From Octopus sinensis (Eukaryota), in contig NC_043013.1 of assembly GCF_006345805.1 (NCBI RefSeq), positions 7,626,001 through 7,690,000 of the forward strand: a stretch of 64,000 bases of DNA, in the 5' to 3' direction. Below, piece after piece: positions 50,941-63,000 of this stretch. The notes under the pieces were generated by a model. It saw only the letters and a program-made list of their open reading frames with translations, was not told the origin of the DNA and searched no databases. Positions within the stretch are counted from its first letter, which is position 1. Each line of letters opens with the position of its first letter. The position numbers and the translations under genes are program-made.

Positions 50941-51266
50941 TATTCAAATTTTTTTGTTTTCCTTTATATAAATTTCTCCATGATCTGCCAATATCTATCT
51001 ATCTAGTTGATTGTGACTGGGACTCCCAACAGCAACGGAGCATTTTGGGCGGTTTATATATTATATTATATTATATTAATTTATATTCTATAGTTGTTTT
51101 GTTTGTTTGTTTGTTAGTTAGTTCTTTTTACTTTCTCCTCTTCACTGTGTATGTGTGTGTGACATGCAGCTCACAGACACAGCAGTGATCCTACCGAGTT
51201 AATCTTTATTCCGCTGTGCTCGTGTGTGCATGGCTTATGTATGCATACCTTAACCGTCCTGAGAAG

Positions 51267-51332
51267 ATGGAGTGCAGATCACTTGGAACGTGGCAGCGGA
51301 AAACGCAGATATTCGAGCTATTTAAACATGAA
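51267..51332 (+). CDS. Candidate first coding exon: MECRSLGTWQRKTQIFELFKHE
   Basis: aagATGG Kozak context, CpG-containing unique island at 51170-51330, in-frame donor GAA|gtatgt followed by pyrimidine-rich sequence. Confidence 0.35.
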
Positions 51333-53409
51333 GTATGTTGTTTTGTCTTTTTCTCTTTTACTCTCTCTCTTGCTCTCTGTCTGTCTCTCTTTCTCTCTCT
51401 CCTTTTGTTTCAAGGAATTAAGTTGATTAGTTTCATTAAGCTGATTAATTTATTTTCTGGATTTAGATGTAAGCAATCCCATGTGTATTTATTTTCTGAG
51501 GACGTTTGTTTGTTTGTTTGTTTTTACTTTATTCAATCATGTGTCACCCCCACCCCACCCTCAACTCCACCATATCACACCACACACCTACTTGACCAAA
51601 CTTCAGCCAAATATTATCTATATTTTTATTAATCAACACCACCACCACCACCACCACCACACCACTGTTGCCGCCTTCACTGTTATCTATCTTTTTTTTT
51701 TTTGAAAGGTGTAGTGAGGGGTGGCACTGGTTGGTTTGGATATGTTGGAAGTAATATAAACCCAGGCTGTTCAACAGACTCTAATAATAATACTTATGTT
51801 TGCAGGAATGTATTTTCTGCTTTCACATGAATTGGTGTATTCTTAGACACTACTCACCTGCTGTTCTGACACAAGTAAAAAAATAATAAAAGAAAATTTT
51901 TTTCAAAAAAGCAAAAATTCTTGTAAAGAAAATCTACCTCTTCTAAATATTGTATGAAGTTTAATATAACACACGAAACAAAAAGAAAAAGTTTTTTGTC
52001 TCTTTTTAATTTTTTTTTTTTCAGAATCTGTTACGGTTCAATGATTGTTGTTATATATAATAATATAATACTAGTAGCACACTGGAAATTACTAAAGTTT
52101 ATGCATCATCCTTGTTTTGATAGATGAGCCATTCAAAGGTGTGCAGTGGTTTTTATTTGTTTTCTTTTCTCACACTAAACTCTCACAGGTGTTCAACTAA
52201 TTAAGATATACTGTATTTACTTGTGCTTAAGTTGCACTGGTGCATAAATTGTACCGTTAATTTAGTGTTAAATTTTGGTACAGAATTTTTTTTCCCTTCT
52301 CAGTTTTATTTCTGTTCCATATGTAAGTCACAAACCCAGGTTGTTTTTTTTTTTGTTGTTGAAATGAAATATCAAAACAGTGCAGTATATACACGTGTAA
52401 ATGTAAATACAGTGCTTTATTAATAAGTTTGAAACACCAACAGTGTGTTTCTTACAAAATTACTGTTTAAGGAGTCAGTACCTAACACCAAGTCCTGCCC
52501 TGGTCAAGCTGACTTACAATCCAAGGTATTCCAACTGTGTCCACTCCAACTTTATTCTCCGGGTTGGGAGCCATGAGGCAGGTGTCATCAGGCACTGTCA
52601 GCATTGTAGTAGCATGTCCACTTCCCAGTCATTTCAACCTGCCTGGTACCCCTCTAAGGGTACTCTTCACCAAGTGTCTGAGGCAACCAGTGTGTTCATT
52701 GTGAAAAAAATTGATTATGACTTGGACTCTCTGGCAACGGGACATTTTGGGTGTTATATATTATATTATATAATTGTTTTGTTTGTTAGTTCAGAGTGGA
52801 CCCCACCAGAATAACATTCTCTAATGTGTTTCCTTCTAAAATAGTAGGGTAGGATGTAATTTGAGAGAGATTTAACTGTTATTTCTATCAGGTTGAGTAA
52901 ATAACATAGCGGCTCTCTCATTAAGCTCATCATTAAAGAGTATTTTATTATAGTGATTACCACATAACATTTTACCTGGGTAAATAAAATGGAATATTTG
53001 TTATATTGATTTTATAATTTCTCTTAATTAGTGAAATTTCTTTACTGAAATTTTATTCAATAATTTTAGTTCCCTTATTTTCTCTTTTCATCTAATCCCA
53101 TAACTTTTCCTAATTTTTATTGATATTAAGCTTTTACACTGATATTTAATGAAACCCTTGAGAGTCATTTTTCATCTAATTATTCATGTTTATTCTTAAA
53201 GTTGCAATTTACATACTAACCCCTTGATATCAACCTGCTTGAGACAGCCCTGTTTTATGGTAAAAACTTCCTGTTTTAAAGTCATCTCAATTAAATAACC
53301 TTCCATCAAAATATCACATTAATTTATGTTTCACAAAGCAGATTAATAATGACAAAATTATTTCATTATATATCAGTGATTATATTTTTTTTTAATGAAA
53401 AATCTTACT

Positions 53410-53915
53410 CATCATGATCGTTTAACATCCGTTTTCCATGCTAGCATGGGTTGCACGGTTCGACCAGGGTCTGGGAAGCCAGAAGGCTGCACCAGGCTCA
53501 AGTCTGTTCTGGTAGTGTTTCTACAGCTGGATGCCCTTTTTAATGCCAACTACTCCGTGAGTGTAGTGGGTGCTTTTTAGGTGCCACTGGTACAGGGGCC
53601 CAGGGAGGCTGGCAACGGCCACGATCGGCTGGTGCTTTTTACGTACCACTGGCACGGAAGCCAGTCAAGGCGGCGCTGGCATCAGCCACGTTTGGATGGT
53701 GCTTTTTACATGCCACCGGCACAGGTGCCAGGGGAGGCTGGCAGCAGCCACAATCGGTTGCTTTTTACGTGCCACCGGCACAGGGGCCATGGGAAGCTGG
53801 CAACGGCCACGATTGGTTGGTGCTTTTTTACTTGCCACCGACACGGAAGCCAGTCGGGGCGGCGCTGGCATCAGCCACATTCGGATGGTGCTTTTTACGT
53901 GCCACTGGCACGGGT
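53410..53915 (-). mobile_element. RTE LINE 3'UTR with six ~60-67-nt hairpin units
   Basis: ggtgctttttacgtgccac(c/t)ggcac motif six times between 53569 and 53911; tail homologous to 7690-7850. Confidence 0.8.
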
Positions 53916-55364
53916 ATCATAACTACAATTTTCCATTTGATAAATTGGGAAAATGAGGGAACTAAAACTATTGAACAAAGTTAATTGAAAGAAACTGTAT
54001 ATCTTTGCTAAAATAGTTCAAGGTTTTTAATTGACCATTTGGCTTCTATAACTTGCATTATTATAAACCAGGTTTCAAACACCAGGTTAATCTCTGTGAT
54101 GAAATAGAATAGAAAGTGACAGGTTTACAAAAGCGGACCCACTCCTTGGCTTCTGATGATGGATTACTAATGTTGCTGTTATTTAGCCCCAAGTCAACCC
54201 TGACTGAGTACTTCTATGATTAAAGGTATTCTACCTGTTTTTTTTCTTCCATATGTGCTGGAACCTATGATTGCACTATCCAACATATCCATTTGTAAAA
54301 CAGTGAGATATGATTTAAGGGAAAATTCGGCTGCTTTTTCTAGCAGGTCGAGTGACCACATAGCTATTGATATTTAGTGGCTGCCTAGCCTTACCCCTAT
54401 CTGAGTAGCTGCCCTGTACTTCTGTACTTTGTTTCTTTTAAAACCAGACTGCTTTTTATGATTTTTTGATTCCATTAATTACACCCTCTAATGACCTTAG
54501 TAGGTGACCAATGTCCTATCACCACAATTATCACTATTGCCATCATGTGGCCCTTGGAAGCTGCATGGAAGTTCATTGGATGAAGTAAAGTTGTATAGAA
54601 ATGTCCAATCTTGTCAAACAAAATGAGTATCACACTGGTTCTGTTTAAGGGTTATGTTATAGGTAGAAATATCTGTGGAATACTCAGCTACTTGTGCTAT
54701 GCTACAAGGAGTATGTAGTTCTGTTGATGGAACAGTCAAAGTACTCATTACCAAAACTGACTGAGGATCTGTTTGTTTGATGTGTGTGTGTGTGTGTGTG
54801 TGTGTGAGGTAAGTGTAAATCTTACTTGTTTTAGTCATTAGACTGCAGCCATGCTGGAGCACTGCTTGAAGAATTTTAATCAAATAATTTCACCCCAGTA
54901 TGTTTTTGTTTTTCGATGCCAGGTACTTATTCAATTGGCCTTATTTGTCAAACTGCTAAGTTAGAGGGATGTAAACACACCAACACCAGTTGTCAAATAG
55001 TGGCAGGTAACAAACAAAAACACATCAACACACACGTGTGTGTGTGAGACTGGTTTCTTTCAGATTCCATCTACCAAATCCTCTCACATAAATTGGACGG
55101 TTTGACAGGATCTGGCCAGGCAGGAGCTTGCACCAGACTTATCTGTTTTGGCAGGGTTTTTTGTGGCTTGATGCCCTTCCTAACACCAACCACTCAGTAG
55201 AGTGGACTGAGTACTTTTTACGTGGCATAAGCACGGGTGAAGTCAGTTTTGGCAAGGATTTTACAGCTGGATGCCCTTCCAAATACCAACCACTTTACAG
55301 TGTGGACTGGATATATATGTGTGTGTCTATATTTATATGTATATGCTGACATCTAATTATATAG

Positions 55365-55618
55365 ATATAATTATAGCAAAAAGGTGTGGATAAGCACACC
55401 AAAATACTGGAAATAGATGCTAATGGCTCTATAAACCACATATTATTTTACTCTGCTTATGAAAGTGGGCTAATGAATCAATCAGATTTTTAAAAGAATG
55501 ATTCACTAGCTTGCTTTCAAACTGTGCTAATGGAGTAAAATATGTGGTTTATAGAGCCATTAGCTTCTATTTCAAGTATGTTGGTATGCCTATCCACACC
55601 CTTTTGCTATAATTATAT
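55365..55618. repeat. Fold-back element, ~88-bp arms
   Basis: 55365-55453 pairs with 55533-55618; TA-rich ends. Confidence 0.85.
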
Positions 55619-55718
55619 ATCAGTATAAATACTTACCTAAATGGAGTTAACATGCTGGCTAATTAATAGAATGGGTTTATCCTTCATTAATTAATTAAAT
55701 ATATATATATTTATATAT

Positions 55719-55998
55719 ATACATATAAGAGGGATGATCACTAAGTGGACATCCATTATGCTAGAGGTAGACCCCATATGGTCTGACCACTAAGAAAAGA
55801 TTGTTCTCAAGAAAATTCAGCAAATGAAAAGATACAAAATATATTTATATTTTGTATCTTTCCATTTGTCTTGCTTGCTTATGTTCTGGCGTTTGGCTGA
55901 ATTTTCTTGAGAACAATGTTTTCTTAGTGGTCAGACCATAAGGGGTCTCCCTCCAGCATAATCGATGTTCACTTAGTGGTCATCACTCTTATATGTAT
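55719..55998. repeat. Fold-back element, ~103-bp arms with a nested inner hairpin
   Basis: 55719-55821 pairs with 55896-55998 (about 8 mismatches); inner hairpin at 55822-55867. Confidence 0.9.
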
Positions 55999-56302
55999 TT
56001 AATATAATTTTTCTGAATCTTCAGATTTTTCAATATGCTAGGCCACTGGTTTTAAATTGATATTAATCAAATTAATATTCAAATTTTCAGCCTTATTATT
56101 TAAATTATATATATATATGCACACACTCTTGGAGTGGTTGGTGTTATGAAGGGCATCCAGCCATAGAAAACCATGCCAAGTCAGAGTGGATCCTGGTGCA
56201 GCCTTCCAGAGTGCCAGCCCAGTCAAACCATCCAACCCATGTCAATATGGACAATGGCCATTAAATGATGAGGATATATATATATGTATGTGTGTGTGTG
56301 TG

Positions 56303-56612
56303 GAGGCGCAATGGCCCAGTGGTTAGGGCAGCGGACTCATGATCATAGGATCGCAGTTTCAATTCTCAGACCGGGCGTTGTGAGTGTTTATTGAGCGAAA
56401 ACACCTAAAGCCCCACGAGGCTCCGACAGGGGGTGGTGGCGATCCCTGCTGTAGTCTTTCGCCACAACTTTCTTTCACTCTTTCTCCTATTGGCCTGCTC
56501 GATTAGCCAGTGGGGTGGCATCATTTGAAGGTTAAAACAATGCAAAGCGCATTGTGACCAGCGATGTGTAGCAACATCTGATAGCCTGGTCGGTCACAGT
56601 GATCACGGTGAT
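56303..56612 (+). mobile_element. SINE family C head with tail Y
   Basis: Head as at 23618; tail as at 29645. Confidence 0.75.
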
Positions 56613-59212
56613 ATATATATATGTGGATGCCTGGACGTGCATGTGTTGTTCATAAGAAGACAGTTTATAGAAGCAAATAAAGCACTCACTACTTAAGGAA
56701 GTGTGTTATATCATTTATTAGGGGACTGATGTACATTTCTTCTCTACACATAACAAAAAAACTTACCTGAAGATGTGACCCTTCTCATAAGAAAAAAGTT
56801 TTTTGTAATGTTTAGATTTGGGGGAAGGGATCCAGTTACAAACTGTATACCTCAGATCTTGGAATCCCTATTTCCTTGCACTTATAATTATAGAGAGTGT
56901 AGACAAGCTGGAGAGTGCTATTGCTCCCTCATAATTATGTAAAGTTGTTGTTTAGCTTCACATTACTTCTCATCAAATGCATTCCAGCCATGACCATCCT
57001 GTCCTTTTTTCAAGTATAATGTATCTAGAACTATAATTATCCAATGTATCTTACCCTTCTTTCTAAGATAATAAGGGTGTAATTTACAAGAGATTTGGCT
57101 GATATTTCTAGGAGATCAAACAAGTGATGCATTTGTTGGCTTGAATTGGGGAAGTTGTTTTTGTTGTTGTTTAATTCCAGGTCAGCTCTCACTGAGCAAA
57201 CCCTATAATTGAAAACATTCAGTCCTACCATTCCATTTTATTGTAAGATAATGTATCTAAGATAACTTTATTCAATGTGCCCTTTCTTCTTTGAATGACA
57301 GTAGGGTGTTATTTGAGGGAGATTTTACTGCTATTTCTAGCCAGCCATGTAACTACCTAGGGAGATTTCCTCCTCTGCTAAAATTGGAAGAAGTTAAACA
57401 TTTTGAAGCAATTTATTTTGAAATTGTATTTTATATGTAATTAAAAATGATATTAAACCAGAATTTAGAAAGACACCATGCATAAAATAAAAGCAGGGCT
57501 TTCAAAATAAAGTATGATTCTTAACTTGTTTAGATTGTAGGGACACCATTAAAGATATCATCTTCGTAATAATGTGTCAAAGATAAGTCCTCCCTCTGTG
57601 TACCAGGTTTGTTTTAGAAGCATTGGTGATTATGGATCTCCATACCAAACTCTGAAGATGCATGATTTTTCTTAGGAACAATAGATACATATGTAGTTTC
57701 ATGTAACCTTTTGCCAGTGTATTTGCAATTAATTCAGCCAGGTTCCTACTCTTCCAAGCTTACCCTTGAGGCATGGGGCCAATTTAACCATTAAGTAAAG
57801 AAACTGGTTAATGTGACATCTGAGCATGTCCACAGATTGGAGGGCCTGTGTGACATATTTTGAGGAGCCAGCCCTTCTCCAAATCCCATATGCTAATATC
57901 CATAGGGCCATATTCTGCTATTTCACCCACAACTGGCACAAACCTCAAATTTCGATCTATGCAAAAATCAACCCATCTTCAACATTACTGGTTATAATAA
58001 ATATGAAATAATTGAACAGATATGATAATTGTACAACCAATATGTCGTGGGTTCAAATCCACTGCAGGTATTTCATTGCACCATTCAGCAGTGAAATCAT
58101 TTCTGTCAGTCCCAGTTCTGTAAATTACCAATCAAATGATCTGAGAATGGAATGTAACTTGTGGTAAACTGGATGATGTGTTTGTTAAACTCTACCAGGT
58201 TGTCTTTTATTCAAACCCTATCTAGAATAACATTGTGTTATCATCACCATCATCATCATCATTTAACATCCCTGTTTCCATGCTGGCATGGGTTAAAATG
58301 GTTTGGCAAGAACAAACAAAAACCAAGGGGTTGCACCAGGTTCTATGTATGCTTGGCAGGGTTTCTATATCTGGATGCCTTTCCTAATGTATGTGATTAA
58401 TATTTTTTTTAAAGACAGTAGGGTTGATTTGAGGAAGTTTAGGCTACTATTTCCAGCAAGTCAAGTGACTAAATAGAGGTTCCCTCAGACTTGTGTTGTT
58501 GTTTAGCCCCAAAGTCAGCTCTGATCAAGCAGACCTATGATTAAAAGCATTTAGATGCTGATCATCTCATCTATTGAGTATCTTTGGCTATATTATCCAC
58601 TGTGTCCTTCCTTTTTTTTTCATGACATGTATTTGAAAGATTTTACTACTATTTTTAGCAAACGAAACAACTGTATAGGGGAGGGGTCCTTTGTTGGCTT
58701 GCTTAACCCTCAGATTTATTTTCTATCCATATATTTCTCTCGTCTCCTTAAACACCACAAGGCTAGAGCTAAATGTCAGCCCTTAAAAACTTGAGAGACA
58801 TTTACATTGTATTTTTATATTGTCTTTTATGAATTAAAGTCATTGGACTGCTGCCAATGCTGGAGCACCACCTTCAAGATTTTTTGGTGGGGTCAAAATC
58901 ATAAACCTTCATACTCTGCGTGGTACTTATTTCATATTCCTTTTAGGCTAGAAAACACCAAATGGACATTGCCATAAGAGGAGATAATTCCGTTGGACAT
59001 GCCAGCATGGAAAAAGGGACGTTAAATGATGATGATGGTGATGATGACACAGTGTCATCCTAGATAGGATTTGAATACAAAACAACCTGGTAATGGCTCA
59101 CTCATTGTTGATCTGAGTTTACCAAACATATCATCCAGTTGGATGAATATCACAAGGGATTTCAGTTTGAATGTATTAATTCTGACTTCACACACACACA
59201 CACATATATAGT

Positions 59213-59500
59213 GGAGGTGCAATGGCCCAGTGGTTAGGGTGGTGGACTCGCAGTCGGAGGATTAGGGTTTCGATTCCCAGACCGGGCGTTGTGTGTGTTT
59301 ATTGAGTGAAAACACTTAAAAGCACCACGAGGCTCTGGCAGGGAGTGGTGGCGACCCCTGTTGTATTCTTTTGCCACAACTTTCTCTCACTCTCTCATCC
59401 TGTTTCTTGAGTAACGCTGAGATGGACTGGTGTCCCGTCTAGCTGGGGGGAACACATATGCCACAGAAACCGGGAAACCAGGCCAGGCTTGAAAAGGACA
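59213..59500 (+). mobile_element. SINE family C
   Basis: Matches 23618-23880. Confidence 0.8.
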
Positions 59501-59504
59501 AAAA

Positions 59505-59541
<37 letters not shown>

Positions 59542-60759
59542 GCATGGCTGTGTGGTTAGGGAGCTTGCTTCCAAGCTACATGGTTTCGGGTTCAGTCCCA
59601 CTGCGTGGCAGTTTGGGTAGGTGTCTTCCACTATAGCCCCGAGCCGACCGGAGCTTTGTGATTGAATTCGGTAGGTGGAAGTTACTGCCGTGTGTGTATG
59701 TGTGTGTATAGCTGCTCAGTGCCTCTCTGAAAGAGAGAGAGAGGGATATATATATATATATACATATATACATACATATATATATATATATATTTTTGGT
59801 GGCCAACTGCAATGTTTTTGCTAAAATCTTCAATTACAATGCATGGGTCAACATAAAGCTATAGCAGAGGACAACTCGCCAGAGTGCCAGTTGGTGATAT
59901 CAAACCTGGAACTGCACGATTGCAAACTAAACAGCTATGTTTACATAACTTTGTTGGCCTCCTGTGTTTTACGTTCTTCCATAGTTCAAGTGATTCTGTC
60001 TGTTGGGTGTAATATATTGATCATGCTGTGATTGCTGTCAATAGAGCTTTTAGCACTTGTAGATTATATACGTATACGTATATATCAAATCTGTGTTATA
60101 TTATATGTCTAACTCTGCACTGATTTATTACAACATAAGTGTCCATTGATTGTAGTTGCTGAGGAAATTGAAATAACCAGTCTCTGAAATGTAGAACTAT
60201 ACATTAACAATAAATGGCAATCAAATACCAGAACACGAACTATGAAGATTAGCATTCTGTCATGACTGGTAAAACCAATTTCAATGAGAGGTCTCACATA
60301 TTTCCCAATTTAGCATCACCACCTGGTCTTTAGGTGCTTTTAGTTTGTATAGCAGGGCCTTCCCACATTGGTTCAGCACCACCAAGAGCCAACTAGAGAG
60401 CCTCTACATGATCATTCAAACTGCAAGAAGTAGCAACCAAATATCCTTCAAATCACAAGTTTTAAGAAAAGGCAAAATATATGGGATAATGTAGTGCGAG
60501 GTACATCAACGTTGTTTTTGCATCTGCTTTTATCATGTTGGCTTGGCTTATATGGGACTTTTTGATGCAGTGTTTTGCAATTACATGCCATTCCTGATAG
60601 CAACTATTTTAGATGCCTTCTACAACATGCTAAAAAGACACATTAGAATGTGTATGTTAGTTTCAAATACATTGTGTGAAAAATATAAAGGATAAAACAT
60701 AATTGTAGTGTGGAAGACATAAACTAACTATTCAGAAACACACAAAGACCTATTTCTTT

Positions 60760-60962
60760 ACTATCCACAAGGGAACAAACAAGGACAGACAAAGGGATTA
60801 AGTCGATTACATCGACCCCAGTGCATAACTGGTACTTATTTAATTGACCCTGAAAGGATGAAAGGCAAAGTTGACCTCGGCGGAATTTGAACTCAGAACG
60901 TAGTGGCAGATGAAATACAGCTACGCATTTCGCCCAGCGTGCTAACGTTTCTGCTAGCTCAC
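60760..60962 (-). mobile_element. SINE family A
   Basis: Matches 2971-3196. Confidence 0.85.
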
Positions 60963-61544
60963 ATACCATTAACTTTATTTGACCCTTTGGAGACAGAGCC
61001 TTGCTTGGAGTTTCAGTGCCAAGAAGACTGATCCAACAATACATATTCTTGAAGGAAATTGAATGAGCTAATACAATCTTTGCCATTTAACTTTTCAGAC
61101 GATAGATTGGCCCTGTCATATCCTAAAGGTTAAACATTTATTTGTAATTGGATGACAAAATTTTCACCACTCAAAACTGCAACCTGTTTGCTGGCAAAAA
61201 TTTCAACACCATATTACAAATAAATATTTAAGTGAAGTTAAGAGTCTTTCTGTGTTTCTGAATGGTTATCTTGTATCTTCCACGCTGCAATCACTTTAGA
61301 TTCTGCATGTGATCTCAGATCAAAACACTTGCTTTGCAAATACATTTCTCTAATGATGGGAGGATTGAGGCTGAAATGCCTTGATCAGAGGTCTGACTGA
61401 TCAGGACTTGATTTGAGGTGAAACACCACCACCACCACTATATGAACCTTTGATGCAAGTGTTCAGGCTAAAATCATGATTCTCTCTTGGCCCTTGGTTT
61501 TTCTGTAGATTTTTCAGGTTAGACATCTTCAACATTAGACTCAC

Positions 61545-61615
61545 CAATCTTGGAAGAAGGTTTTCTAAAGTCATGGGACTGCTTCTTCTATTTTCCCCAT
61601 AGACATTGCTCACTA
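61545..61615 (-). CDS. Candidate coding exon (phase 1-0): VSNVYGENRRSSPMTLENLLPRL
   Basis: Acceptor gtctgttcttccaag|, donor TTG|gtgagt, open frame. Confidence 0.38.
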
Positions 61616-62090
61616 CTTGGAAGAACAGACAAACTGTTGACCTCTCAGCAGCCCAACACTCTCAGCTGTCATAGAGTACCTATTTTTTAACCATTTCACT
61701 GTGGAATTAAACTTTATGGTTCTTCCAGCAATGATGTTAAATATCTACCAAAAAACATAAAATTGATAATTTCTGTAAGTCATACTTGACATCTCAACAG
61801 AAAATAGCTTCAAACCTGACATTCCGCAAAGAACGCTAGATTGGTTTATAAGACTACTTTCCACAGATAAGGGTAACAGAATTTTAAATGGATATATCTG
61901 CTTTCTGCTGTAACAGGGTTAAGCACTAAGGATCTTTTCTTTTTTCTGGACAGCTTCACTATATTTTGATTGGTGTATTTTCCATTTGTCCTCACTTTTA
62001 TAGTCTGGAATAGAAAAAACAAAAAAAACAAAAAAAGAATTGTAAGATTACAATTGATTAACAGAGGCTTTGTGCTTAATTCTTGTTTTA

Positions 62091-62615
62091 CCGTAAATCT
62101 TTGAGTATAGTCCACCCTTGAGTATAATATGCAGGGGATTTTTAGGGGTCAGTACCTCTGAAAAACCTAAACCTTGTGTATCATACACGCCCCTTCTCTA
62201 ACTTGAGTCGTGCATAATTAAGCCAGCAGCACCTAGTTGAACAAACACTTCCGCGCATGTGTAATACAATAATGGTGATGTTCTTAACTGTTATATGGGA
62301 ATGTAAATATGTTTGCAAATTGTTTTTGTTACATGTTATTCTGTGTTCTGAATACTTTTATTTTAATAAATGTGACTTACTGCAGGTTATGGAAGATTCT
62401 TTTATGACTTCATTGCTTTCAGGCTTAGCTTAAGGTATTTTCGCGTCTGGCATCACAAAATGCATCTGAACATTTCCGAACAGCAAATAGAGACTCAAAC
62501 ATTGTTTAGAAAATATTTTTCATTTTTAACCTCGTTTATAGTACACACTAGGGATTTTGACCTTTAAAGTTTTTTTTTGGGGGGGGGGATGCGGATTATA
62601 CTCGAGGATTTACGG
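62091..62615. mobile_element. Tc1/mariner-superfamily (Tc2/pogo-like) non-autonomous element
   Basis: TA|ccgtaaatctttgagtatagtcc ... ggattatactcgaggatttacgg|TA gives TIRs and a TA TSD. Confidence 0.8.
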
Positions 62616-62689
62616 TATATTAATGTATTAAATGAACAAGTAAGAAACCAATCATGGATAGAACACATATTTAGGGTTAGTGTAACTGA

Positions 62690-63000
62690 TATTGCAAGAA
62701 CACCTTCGGCTCATGATCGTAAGGTTGTTAGTTCAAATACATAGTGACACATTACGTCCTTGAGCAAGACACTTTATTACGTGTTGCTCCAGTCAACTCA
62801 GTTGGCAAAAATGAGTTGTACATATAATTCAAAGGACCAGCCTTGTCACATTGTGTTCTACTGAATCTCCCTGAGAACTACATTAAGGGTACTTGTGTCT
62901 GTGGAGTACTCAGCCATTTGTACATTAATTCCACAAGAAGGCTGTTCTGTTGATTGGATCAACTGGAACCTTCATAGTCATTACCAACAGAATGCCAGTT
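62690..63000 (+). mobile_element. SINE family D head with tail Z
   Basis: gtccttgagcaagacacttt...ctccagtcaactcagttggcaaaaatgag...ctgaatctccctgagaactac; same as 425-720. Confidence 0.65.

Noticed and set aside
51858-51865. Minus-strand micro-exon AACAGCAG|gtgagt with a strong pyrimidine tract
   Set aside because: 8 nt would break the frame of the proposed chain, and a 3-nt version cannot be supported without reads
52470-52600. Minus-strand exon ending GIPWI|gtaagt
   Set aside because: The donor lies in a decayed copy of a common repeat (compare ~58505-58560), so it is probably chance
53569-53911. CRISPR array
   Set aside because: The spacers are homologous to each other, the array is embedded in a LINE 3'UTR, the context is eukaryotic and there are no cas genes
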